From Danionella cerebrum (Eukaryota): a stretch of DNA of 64,000 bases. Of the stretch, positions 50,642 to 62,795 are shown piece after piece (position 1 is the first letter of the stretch; each line of letters begins with the position of its first letter). The DNA is taken from positions 21,870 to 85,869 of the forward strand of contig SRMA01025500.1 of assembly GCA_007224835.1 (NCBI GenBank). Reading direction: 5' to 3'. The notes beneath the pieces are model-generated. The model was given only the letters and a program-made list of their open reading frames with translations. It did no database searches and was not told the origin of the DNA. Position numbers and translations under genes: made by a program.

Positions 50642-51035
50642 CCCATCCACCTCCGAGTGCATTTTATAAAATAGAGCTCTTAAAAACCAAGCACTGGTCT
50701 ATATAAAAGGCCTCGTGCTGCCCTACACTCCCAGCAGGTCTCTGAGGTCATGTGACCAGGGTTTTCTGGTCGCCAAGAGAACCCGGTTAAAAATGAAAGG
50801 TGACAGTGCCTTTGCAGCACTGGCTCCCTCTCTCTGGAATCCCCTTCCTCTCAGCCTCAGATCCGTTGACTCAGTGTTTTCTTTTAAAAGACAGCTAAAG
50901 ACACATCTTTTTAAAATGGCTTTTTACTAATTGTTTTATATTCTCTATTCTGTGTTTTAATGTGAAGCATTTTGTGATCTGTTTATCTCGAAAGGTGCTA
51001 TATAAATAAATATATAATTATTATTAGTTACTCTG
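50642..51035 (+). repeat. 3' part of the interrupted older repeat (ends '..aaggtgctatataaataaatatataattattatta')
   Basis: Begins with the right copy of the TSD and continues 'gcattttataaaatagagctcttaaaaaccaagcactggtctatataaaaggcc...ctggctccctctctctggaatcccc..ctctcagcctcagatccgttgactcagtgttttcttttaaaagacagctaaagacacatc'. I recognise this motif from fish interspersed repeats. Confidence 0.5.
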
Positions 51036-51834
51036 TTTCTTGTCGCTTCTGAAAGTTCTTTAAGTTGAAATATTTACTCATAATTTAAAAGAAAAACATT
51101 ATTGATAGAACTCCATCACTTAATAGAAAAACAGAGGACTTAGTGCTGCCCTCTAGTGAGTGGATGATATTAAAAGCCCTAAAACAAATCAAACCAGACT
51201 GTAGCCTTCTTCACTTTTCTTTCTCAAAGCCTTCTTCACTTTTCTTTTCTTTTTAGTACATTTTTTCATCCACTGATTACATGAATGGTTTTAATAGTTG
51301 GTTAAAAATTATTTAGAAAATATTGTGATACCGTAATACAGATCAACGAACCCTCAATCGCCTGATATTGCCTATAATTAATAATCCTTGATTATCTGTG
51401 TAAAAAATCATTTGCCAAGTTATACTGGTAATTTTTCATGGTTCATGAGCATTAACAAGAGCAAGTTTGTTCATTTGCAATAAAAATAAACAAAATATAA
51501 TTAGAAGATGAGATGTTTTCAGTGTGAGTAACCTGGAAATAAATGTTTTTATTTATTTTGTTAAGTGTGATTAACAACAAGGCAACCTGAAAATAAGCAT
51601 GACAAATATCTTGAGAATCTGATGAGATCATTGGCTAGCGTGTAACTAGGCAACACTGGTTGAGAAGTAAGTAGGGTGAGCCTAAGCATGCTGGACACTA
51701 AGAAGTACCTTTCCCTCCATGTAGACTTTAAGGGCATAGTAGAAGTATTTAAATTAAGAGTGTCAATTGGTGTCACAATTAATTTTTTTTAAATATACAA
51801 AGATCATATTAATACTTGATACTTGATTTTTTTT

Positions 51835-52556
51835 TTTTTTGTACAACCTCAGCTTTTTTTTACAATGATATCTTTATTACATTACACAATAATTCCATAG
51901 CAAACCTGAAATTGTGAAAAAATTCAATTCTGACCAGAAACCTTATACACCGTGTGGACACATTTCCCATGTCTTGTACTTCCAATGGGCATCACTTCCT
52001 TTCACCACTAGATGGCACTGATAGCATGCATTTGGAGTCTGTAAAACGAAACTGAAAGACAGTCACTCATTTTCTCAATTTAAATACCAAATTATCTACC
52101 ATTCATTCATCTTTTAACCCCTTGTTTCGTTTCGGGGTCACGAGGGCCTGCCTTTCTCCAGCGCACTTCAGACAAGAGGTGGGGGTACTCCCTGGACAGG
52201 TCGCCAGTCCATCAAAGGGCAAAAAACACATTCAATTAACCTAAGGCATGTTTTTGGGATTGTTACCCGGAGGAAACCCACGCAAGCACAAGGAGAATAT
52301 GCAAACTCCTTCCAGGAAGCCTCAAACCCTGAACCTTCTATTTGGAAGCCCACAAAACCTTCTGCATCACCATGCCGCTCAATTATGTAGCGTACCTCTT
52401 GTAATGTTCTTTAAACCCAACAATTTCAGTGCTAATAACCTTTTTGAAACTTACATGTTAATTTTGGAATCAAAATTATAATAGTGGTTGGTCGCACCAT
52501 TCCTACTTAATACAAAACAGCTGATGTGATTGGCAAACGCACCGCTGTGTGCAGAG
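51835..52556. mobile_element. piggyBac-like MITE, copy 5 (5'-truncated) carrying a nested SINE
   Basis: 'gtacaacctcagcttttttttacaatg...ttcctttcaccactagatggcactgatagcatgcatttggagtctgtaaaacgaaactgaaagacagtc...cctttttgaaacttacatgtta...tggttggtcgcaccattcctacttaatacaaaacagctgatgtgattgg..gcaccgctgtgtgcagag'. Confidence 0.45.
52110..52380 (-). mobile_element. tRNA-derived SINE inserted inside the piggyBac-like MITE copy 5
   Basis: 'cattcattcatcttttaacccc..gtttcggggtcacgagggcctgcc...gacaagaggtgggggtactccctggacaggtcgccagtcc...ggagaatatgcaaactcc', the antisense of the SINE consensus seen elsewhere in the window. Confidence 0.6.
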
Positions 52557-55500
52557 AATTTAATGCTTAAGGGTGTTTTTGTTTCTAAATCGATCAAGGA
52601 CTGCTTATGCCCTCCACTGCTGCATTGCGAGTGAGGTCTTGAAAAACTCTACTGAGAATCCTTACAGAATAACCCGACCAAACTCTAATCTCAGTAGTAG
52701 CAGTATTGTTTTTTTTAATCAGATTCGTCTTCCTCTGAGATTGAGTTCTTAAAAAAACCCTGCCAAGGACCCAAACTAATAAACGGTGGCTTATGTTGTG
52801 ATGTTTAAACAACAAAATCCCTGATACAAATAATACGCTTGTTTACATGTTTAGCAATGTGAGTTTTATTCCGAAAAAGACTTCACGGTCTTCTGGGGTT
52901 AATTGATGCTTGTATTGGAGCAGGGTTAGAACAAAGTCCCCACAGAACAACTTTGAATCTTTTTTGATTAAACAACGACATGCATCCACCACATAGAACT
53001 TTTTAAATGACGCAAAGCTTCTTTATGGAACATTCCATGTATGGATTTGTTTATGCAGACGGTTATTTGGCAAAAGTATTTTACCTTTGTGTCTGGGTCT
53101 TCTAAACTTATCATCAGTCTGATCCACAGAGCCTAAGGTGATGATTCACTCCACAGGAAAGGTGAGCTCTTGTACAGTAGATTTGGGAAGTGGGAATCTT
53201 TTGATGGCTGCATGGGAGCAAATCGCAATGTAGACCAAGACCTAGACTGCCTTCCCAGTGCACCCAAAGGTGTGGACCAAGGACCAAGCTGTGTACAAGT
53301 TGTAATAAGAAGACCTCTAACAGTGTCAGGCAAAGCTCTGCAAGTTCAACTGAAATAGTTACCATGGAGATTTGTACAGGGGCACAGGCGCACACCAAAA
53401 TCAATCAGATTGATTGAAAAAAGAAGTATTTTATGCCACATCTGCTACACAGATCTTTACAGCTGCAAAGCTTGCTTGTTGAATGTTATCTTTAACAGCT
53501 CCAATAAATAAGATAAATAACCTGTTAGCCACGGGACACGCAAATCATTCCTGTGCTTTTAAACATTTTTTACAGATTATTTACAGATGCTGCACAGTTT
53601 TTCTTTTAGTGCAACCATATCATAAAAAAGCAGGGTAACCAATACCAGAAATTAGTCACCAGTATGTCACGCAGAAACAAAAAATTTTGACAGAAGAAAT
53701 TGATTGTTGCACTAAATTGGGAAATCTGAAAAACAGGAGCAACTTTATACAATTAGAACTTTGAAAGAAATCCTAGCCTAATCCTAAGGAACCCTCTAAC
53801 TGTTCCACATCATGTCATTATTTATCATACAGCATTTTTAATTATTATAGCAGAATTTTAAAATAAATATATATTTGTTTAATGATTCAATTTTGTTTAA
53901 TTTATTGAAGCTCTGTGCTCCTTTTTATTACAGGACTCCAGCATAACCCCTATATTGTGATTAACAACGGCAGGATCTGATTGGAGGAGTCACAGTGATG
54001 TCATCACTGCACTTTGAAGATACTATTATATGAGCTATATAGCATTTATTAGGGTGTTATGGAAGAGTTGTGATTAAGTTGATGTTGATGCGTTAAGCTG
54101 TTGGTGGTATATTTGTATTGCTGTGAAACTGTTAAAGCTGTTACGATGCAGATTTAAGATGGCATGCTATTTTGACTCATTGATTGCAAAATTATTTAAT
54201 GTTAATGAACAAATTGTTTATTAATCAACCGATATGTTTACAAAAATTATTTCATTTCAGCTTTAATGGGTAATTGAAAGAAGATAGTGGTAAACTTATA
54301 TCATTGTTAACTGTTGTCACAGTTTCTAAGCAAGAGGAAGGAACCCAGATTAGTTCAGCACAGTTTATTTCCAAAATAAGTAAGTTTTACTGAAGTAAAT
54401 GTTCCATAAAGACCAGCACTCTGTAGTAAATAATAGCAAACCAGGAAGTTAGAGGAAAGCGGCGCCTTGAGTCCGCTTGGGGAGTCTGTACAGTTGAACA
54501 GCAGGTGAGTATAGATATGTATCGGTGAAAGGAGAGATCCAGTAGAGAAGCAAGCACATAAGTCACAGGGGAACCAAGAGGGGGAGATCTGATCATGGAG
54601 AGTCAGGTGGTGTGAACCGTAGGTCACAACCAACTCTTGTGGAATGAGTCTTGTTCTGGGCTGCTACAGGACTGACGGTGGTTGGGTGTTGGATTCATTG
54701 GAGTGATTGGGAGCAGGTGTGATGCTTCTGTCAATGAGGGAAGATTGCTTTCTGGCTTTGTGTCACACAGAATCCCTGACAATTGTCATTATGTTAGTTC
54801 TAACAGATGATCTAAAATGTCAATGTGGAGCTGTTGGTTAGAATGGGGACTGATCAAGTTTGCTTGTGGTGAACTTTGTATTTGGTAGACATGGATCCAA
54901 GAAACTGGATTTCCACACACCGCAGCTAAGACATCCGAGATCTCATGAGAATTCCACGAAACTCTATAAATTAAAAAGAGACTAAACAGGAAGCCTTTAA
55001 GCTGACTAAGCCCTCCCACTGCTCTGTAACTAAGACCGTTATACAAAACCAAACTGAAAGAAACAACAAACTGTGATGAGGTGCATTAAATTCCCTCTTC
55101 ACCATATTCTTTATATTAATGCTCTTTCCCAATTTATGAATAGCATGAGCATCTCTTTTGACAGAGGTGCCAACTTTTGACACATAGAGAGAGCATGTTT
55201 GATTGGAAAACTAAACTGTGAGCAACTGTAGCAGCCCGACTGAAACACAGTCATCTGTGGGAGACTGTAACCAGGAATAATGGAACATGTCGTTGTTGTC
55301 ACGCTTAATGTTTCTCAGCATTTGTTATGACTTAATAAGCCTAACAGCATTTGACTGGCTAAACAAGCTGCATTCAAAATGTCCTCTGAAACAAGACACA
55401 TATGGTAGAGGTTTGTCTGGATTAAAGGCATATACTCACAGATGCTGTGACCACCTGCTAACCCCATCCTTTTGTGTACTTTTCATTAAAGATTGTAAAA

Positions 55501-58439
55501 ACTAAGATGATGAAAACTGACATTTAAAAGAATACATTTTTCATCAGATGGCATTCTTACAAAACAAACTAGAATCTTTGTTTGCCTGACCCTTAAGATG
55601 GGGCTAACAAAGTGGAAATGCATTAAAGGGGGGGTATTATGCAAAATCTACTTTATTGAGCTTTTTGTTGTGTTTTAATGTCAGTCCCTTGTTAAAAACG
55701 CTCCTGAATCGTGACTTTGAATCATTCATGAATATTTGAGTAATCTTGAATCTCCTTCAGTAGGCTAAAACGCTCTGTTCTGCGAAGCCCTGGCCCTTTT
55801 GCGTAGCTCCGCCTCTATCCCCTATCTGATTCTACACCGCTCCTCCCCCTCCAGCTCCGGCAAAGACTACAGCTGAGGGAGCTACTGTAAACAACAGCTG
55901 GTCTCGCTACGTGTCAGCGAAGCTCCTCGTTCAAAGTGCTTTTCTCTATAGTTCTCCTTATTACAAAATGATTAATCAAAAAGATGTTTTTTTTGATGCC
56001 AAGGAGGGAGCCCTCTCTTTACGCTTTCCAAGGATGACACGCTTCGTCAAAAATGGTTAGAGAAATATTACAAAACACGATATGATTTCATAGCTAAATG
56101 TAGCTTACGTATTATTTCATAGCAAAACATAGTTTCATTATGATGCATATTTTTAATTTCCTAGTAAAATGCTGTCATAAAATGGTGTAAATTTACAAGA
56201 GAATATTTACCAAGCAGACACGTCTTGAAAAAGTCTCTGTACATGATCCAATTCCGCTGAAAACTCACTTTCTGGGTCTGACGTAGGATCGTGTGCATAG
56301 GCTTGTACAATATCCTCCGTTACCATTTTGCAAAAACATGATTTTAATGTTTTACTATGAAAATGTAGTGGCGCTCTGAAAATGAAAACAAACGGAGGCA
56401 ATGCGCATGGAGAATGACGCACTGAAGGGGGCGGGTCGGAAAGAAGGAGGGGGCTCTTTAAGAGACAGGTGAATATCAGGGCGTTACGTGCAGCCAAGAT
56501 GCCAAGTCAGAATCTCTTTGAGGTTTTTTCTGACAAATACAGCGATTACAATCCAACTGTAGGTAAAATTGTTACTTGAGTGTGATATAAAACGACACTA
56601 TATGCCTGAAAAACATATAATCCCCCCCCCCCCCCTTTAAGCTACAAATTGTTGTATTGAAGCCTTTTTCTCCTGCGGATTTATCTGAGTATTATCTTTC
56701 TCCCTTCATTGCTCTCTCTGTCTGAGTCCTGATTTTTTTTTTTCTTTCTTTTCAGGTGCTCCCCATTTCTCTCTCTCACCCTTTAGTATGTTCTCTTCTC
56801 CCCATTTGTGAGGTCATACTGTCTAATCCTATGTGCTATCTCCCTATGATTTTATCTGGAAGATTCTGATTCTCTAGGTTTTTCCGCCGGATCTTTGATA
56901 CATTTTTTTCCAATGCGACATAGTTTTTGGAGATTTTTGGGTTTTTACCTTTTTCTGTAAATAAGGACTACTCCCTATAAAGAATGCCTATTAGTGATGC
57001 CTGGGTCAGGTATTTATACAGCCCCGCACCGCACCCACGACAATTAAATCACCAGGTATTGTAATTCAAATGAAAACAGCATTTATTTCAATTTGAACGT
57101 GCTTCGGAACATTGGCCTGTAAACTGACAACAACCCGACCAGTAGAGCTGAATGTGCGCTCGCTTGATGCGCTTGTCGATTCAGAGAATCACTTTTAAAA
57201 CCTTGGCGAGCACACGAAAAGCAATTGACTGCGACTGCCAGAAGCTTAGAATGTTCTCACCGTCCCAGAAGAACCTCCTCTCTCTCAGCAACGCATTCGC
57301 AATCATATAATTGCACACAACAACATTTTATGTGATTTTGTGTTTCATGACCCGCCCCAATCTGACCCGCAAATAAAGTGACAATTTCTTTACCCATCCC
57401 AACCCAACCTGCAGGTTACACGCGGGTTCGGGGTTCATCTCTTAACCCGCGCATCACTAATTCTCCTATTTCTCTTTGTCCGAACGTGAAGCGTTAAAGA
57501 AATACCTCACCAAGGGTCTTAATACAGGTAGTACTGTTACCTCATCTCTAACTGGGTTGAGGTTTTTCTTCGTTAAGAAGGCAGACAGCTCCTTGAGAAC
57601 AAGTATTTATTACTGGGTCTTAAGCAGGTTCTTAGAATTGCGTTATCCATGGTATATTTTAAAAACGTTTCAAGTCCAATGACGAAAACCTACATGGGAA
57701 AGCTTTTTTCCACAAATATTATTCAAATAGACACAATGTAAATGTAGATCCATCAGCCAGTAGAACAGTTAGTGGGGGGAACCTGTTTCTGAAAGAAATA
57801 TCTTCCAGAAAGAATCTTAAATGTAGAAGCCACCTACACTTCATAGTTCTTTTATTCAACATGGCGCACTTTCTCAATGCGAGAAACAATGATACTGACA
57901 ATTTCTGAAAGTTAATGCTACGGTCATTCTTCTGCATACAGAGGGAACTTTGTGAAGTATCCTTACCACAGTTTAGTGGCACATCCCAAGAATTAAATCT
58001 AGGCTGCATTTTATTATTCACCTTAAAAGAGCCCCAAATACAAATTGTGTTAGCACCCAGTCGTAACTACAGATCCGCAAGCATGTACAGTATAAAGCCT
58101 GGCTGCCTTAGATCTTGCATGTGACACGCTGGGGGTGTCCACAGACCTTTTTGATAGTGTGTGACAGCATGCTGTGCTGGTCTGAATGTCAGGAGATGAG
58201 GAGCAGATGTGTTCCCTTACATCACTCTGAAAGCCATCGCTTCTCATCTGCCAGAAGCACATTACTGCTTGCAGCTTCGCTCAGAGAGAACACCTCGTAC
58301 TTATTGATTAAGGACTAGCTTCATGTGCTTGTTAAGAGGATAAATAACTTTGGTAGATTTCTTTTATACTACTTTAATATAATGTATATTTTATTTAATA
58401 TTTAAAACTGGTTCTGTTGATGACATAATGCCTTCAATG

Positions 58440-58750
58440 TCAGTAGCGTTTTTCCAGACGTTCAAAGACATTTTAAAATTTTCAGAACAGTATTTATTCA
58501 TTCACACTCTGGTGGTGATAAGCACCTTGGTAGTCCTCAGCAGGCCCTGGGGGCAGTCTGACAGAACTTTAGCGCCTCCTGCCCACCACCAAATACCCCC
58601 CCCCCCCCCCCAGTCACGCGCATCCATACAGGGCAAGGCGGGTGAAGTGGCTAGCCAAGGCCACTTCAAAATGGACCTGGTGGGAATCGAACCGCCAAGA
58701 CAACCACAGCGCCACTTGCTACTCTGCCACTTCCTGTTTCCCCATCTGTT
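58440..58750. repeat. Possible SINE/tRNA-like remnant with C17 homopolymer
   Basis: 'ggtgggaatcgaaccgccaagacaacc' resembles a tRNA T-arm/acceptor segment. It is adjacent to a C17 tract at about 58595-58611. The family was not identified. Confidence 0.25.
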
Positions 58751-59829
58751 GTACTGTAAATGCTATCTTCAGGCATCAAAATTTCCTCGAGCCAGATGAC
58801 GAGCACCCTGCTGAGAGCCACTCGAAGATTTGTGCGAATCTCAACCAGAAGCGGTGTGTAGAGGACTTTAGAATAACATCAAAGTCGAACTGCAGAGAGT
58901 GGTAGGGAGGGGTCCCTGTCCACTGCATCACCATTCTGAGATGTTCTGTAGACCAAAGGGGTGAAACATCAGTGCAGGATGACTCCCAGCTGCAGTTGGT
59001 AATCTGGCAACGATGACGTTTTGTGTATTTTGTGTCAACTTTGACTGTTCTTGAATGCACTTTACCAACAAAATGTCAATTATAGTAGCTCTACCTGCAT
59101 GCGAAAGTCTGGATGCTTTTGTGTCTCTCAAACATCTGCTATGAAATCGCTTCCTCACCAATCGCTGTTTAAAATGATACGCTTGGAAATCCCAGAGCAT
59201 TTGTAGCACATGTCTTCGCATCACTTATTCATATGCTCTCTATGTAACTGTCACTGTTATTTGTCTGACAGAGTTGCTAAATGATTCATTCAAGATGTAT
59301 TTGTGCAACCCCACAATGATTCTAGGCAATAATGGTTCAGGAAAAAGCCAAATGTCCCAATTGACAAAGAGATTATTGGATGCATTGGTCTGCAATTTCA
59401 TTTAAATGATGTGTATGAATTTAGTTTGCTGCCAGTTTAAAAAGGGTTTCTTTGCCTGCTATGTTTGGGGTGTACTCCTTTGTAAAACATATTCCATTTA
59501 TTAGTAGCTACTGTTCCGGCTGAATGGTTTTGCAGTTTCACAAGACCACAAAGGCTCATATTACAAGGTAGAGTACATCCTCCTGCACGAGATACCCAAA
59601 TGAGGAGCTTGGTGCTCAGCAATAAAATATTACAACTTTTGGTTTGCTAAAATCTAAGAGCAACATGTATAGAAGTTGTTGCGTCAGTCGTACAAGAACT
59701 GAGCATTTTGAATCGTTCAGATTTTGGAAATTGTGACGATGCTTCTTAATGAGCTTGAATGCTTTTAACCCAATGATTATAAAATAAATAAAAGCATATT
59801 AGTTTAAACCATCAGTTTTGAATGAAACA

Positions 59830-60420
59830 CATGGTCCTTTTATGTTTGCAGATGTAGTTTTCTCACATCCTTCTGTCTCTTCGCGTGGATGCTATTCCAT
59901 CCATTCCAGTTCTTCTTGTTCTTATAAGATGGAGATAGTTCTTAATGACTTTGGCTTTGTGTTTGGAGTCATTGCATAAAACATTTTGGGGTCATTCCAA
60001 ATGAGCAAGGCACCACCACCATGCTTCACTGTTGCCTGCAGACACTCATTATTGTACCTCCCTCCTGCCCTTCTTGACTCATCAGTCCAGAGTACGTGCT
60101 GCCCTTTTTCTGCACATCAATACCAGTCCGTTTTGGCTGCACCTCGTCAATGAACACCACTTCTCCAAACAGTGTACAAGTTTCTGCAAGTTTTGAGCTG
60201 ATGACACAACTAGACATCTTTCGTTTTCAAACAGATGATGAGCTTATTGTATCTTTCAACTGCTCCACAAGTTTCCACTGCCGACCACTTTGTCTACGAT
60301 CCTCAACTTCTTCAAAAGAGCTTGAACAGCACATATCGAAACCTCAGTCTGCATTAAAAAGGTTTGTCAGGGAGAGACCTTGTTGATGCAGCATAATGTA
60401 GAGTTTGGCTGTTGCTCAGC
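59830..60420 (-). mobile_element. Tc1-like transposon fragment (transposase mid/C-terminal remnant)
   Basis: Minus-strand frames give ...SVCRQQ.SMVVVPC (VKHGGG motif from 'caacagtgaagcatggtggtggtgcc') and further Tc1-like blocks (SSKLAETCTLFGEVVFIDE.., KRTGIDVQKKGSTYSGLMSQ). Confidence 0.6.
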
Positions 60421-61779
60421 TTTAAACCTCCTATATAAAATATATTATATGTTATGTTCAGGTAGGGACTCCTGAACCCTTCCTCCTCACTTACAACTAT
60501 CATTCTTTGTCCCGTCCTTTTAACACCCTCCTGTCCTGATGTAATTAATGCCCATGGGAAATATAAATAATAAATAACTACATCAATTCACTGCTTTCAT
60601 CCAGAGGTGGAACACACCACAGCAGATGTTCAAAACAGTCCAGCTCAAGCGAAGCCACCCCCAATGTGGTGGCTTTTGAGCAGGATAGGACAAGGCACAG
60701 CTGTAGATAACCCAACACAGCTGTGTCTGTTTCAGTTCAATGTTGATGATCATTAGCAGCTGTTTAATATAATAGTTGGATCACCTGACTATAATCCAAC
60801 AACATCCCTGACTTTGTGTTCATACAGGAATTGCTGGAAGTTTGAAGGCTAGTAACCGTAGTAACAGCAAAAAATGATGCTCTCTTTGTATATTGTAAAG
60901 TTACCAAAATCCTCAACCATCATTTATATTTTATAAAGCTTTTGTTTCATACTTTTCTAAAAGTAGGGTAGTACAAAACGTAACCGTACTGTACATTTGA
61001 AAGAGTTACAGAGCCACTTGTGTGTCTCTAATGTAAGAAGTTGTATGGGGAAGAGCGATGGAATTGAGATTAATTTCACCGTGGAGTCGGCAGGACGTAT
61101 GGTTAGGAGTTGATGGTTTGTCCACACAAACACAGAAAGAATTTTAACAAAGATTCATGGTGATCTTACAGCATGTCCTTGGAGCTTTCCAAAATGGTGA
61201 GACAGAGTTTTGTAAACCACATAATCCAACTTGTTTGGTCAGGGCTCATCAAAAATCAAACAGAACTGTGTTAACCAACATTTAGCAGCATACTCATTAT
61301 AAAGCTGTCGAGAAGAATGAGTGATGAAGTTTGCATTTTTCATTCAAATCTGGTTTTTACACACTTTGTACAACAACTGCCTTAAAGTGTTTAAAATGAT
61401 GTTGATTTGTGAACCAATTTTAAAGACTGACCATTTCTTTTGGATTGAGAATCTTATTGATTCTTGACGGCCATTTTTTGCAGTTGCAGTTCATTTTACT
61501 TGAAGTAATTAGTTTTAAATAAATGAGCCATTCATTAGTACAGAAACAGCTGCTAGTGTTTTATGAGGACAGCTTCAGTAATCTGTGAATTAACTGAATC
61601 AATATTTTTCAGGGTTGGAGCCCAACCACACTGATGATATAAATATACAAAGTTGTTTGTTTTATGACACTTCTCTTCAATCTAACAAATCACCCGGGCT
61701 ATGAGTATCATTTCATCTATTACACTTTATTAGTGCTCGTTAATCAGCCAATAATATAGCAACACCTCAATGCATTTTG

Positions 61780-62795
61780 GCTTGTAGACAAGGGCAAAAT
61801 GAGCATCTGAATGAGGAAGAACAGTGATTTAAGTGATTTTGAACGTGGCGAGCTGAAATGATATTTCACACAACCATCTACGAGAACGGTGAGAAAAAGA
61901 AAATATCCAGTGTGCGTCAGTTATCTGGCTGCGAATGCCTTGAGGTCAGAAGGGAATGGCCAGATTGGTTTGAGCTGATAGAAAGTAACTCAAGTAACCA
62001 CTGGTTACAATCAAGGTCTGCAGAATAAACAAAACGTTGAACCTTGAGGCGGATGGGCTACAGCCGCAGCAAACCACACTGGATGCCACTCCTGTCAGCT
62101 AAGAACAAGTAACTCACTCTACAATTTGGACAAACTCACCAAAACTGGACAACAGAACATTGGAAACATGTTGCCCGGTCTTGATTTTTGCCGCGAAACA
62201 TGAATGGAAGAATCAGATTTTGGCATCAACAACATTAGTTCAAAATGAGCTTCTGATTGTTGTTGCTGACAATATCCATCGCTTCAAGACCATCTTCTGA
62301 TGGCTACTTCCTGCTGCTCCATGTGGTGTAATAGTGGCCTAGTGGATAAGGTGACTGACTGGAGATCAAAAGGTAGCTCCACTGGGAATCGAAGGTGGGA
62401 TGAGTGTTGAAACTGTGGTGGCCTTGATCAAGTCACCAGTTTCCCCACAGCTCTCCTGGCGCCACAGCTATGGCACTTGGATGGGTGAAATGCAGAGCAC
62501 AAATTCCTCGTATGGGTTCCTCAAAAGCACAAATAATCTCAGACTGGTGATGACGATGAGTTCACCGTACTCAAATATTCTCCACAGTCACCAGATCTCT
62601 ATCCGGACAAGGAATTTTGGGATGTGGTAGAGCGGGAGATCTGAAGCAAATCTGCAGCAACTGCATGATGCGATCATGTCGATATGGAGCTAGAGGAGTC
62701 TCTGAGGAATGTTTCCAGTACCTCGTTCCATTCTGAAGGTAAAGAGGGGTCCAACCTGGTACTAGCAAGGTGTACTTAATAAAGTGGCCGGTTCG
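61780..62795 (+). mobile_element. Tc1-like transposon, roughly 1 kb degenerate copy (same family as 11870-12305)
   Basis: Frames give LSDFERGELK (Tc1 HTH), then ...HEWKNQILASTTLV..., then WPPQSPDLYPDKEFWDVVEREI and SLRNVSSTSFHSEGKEGSNLVL (compare Tc1 WPAQSPDLNPIEHLWD...AVLKAKGGPTRY). Ends 'ggtgtacttaataaagtggccgg' like the 12.3-kb copy. Confidence 0.65.
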
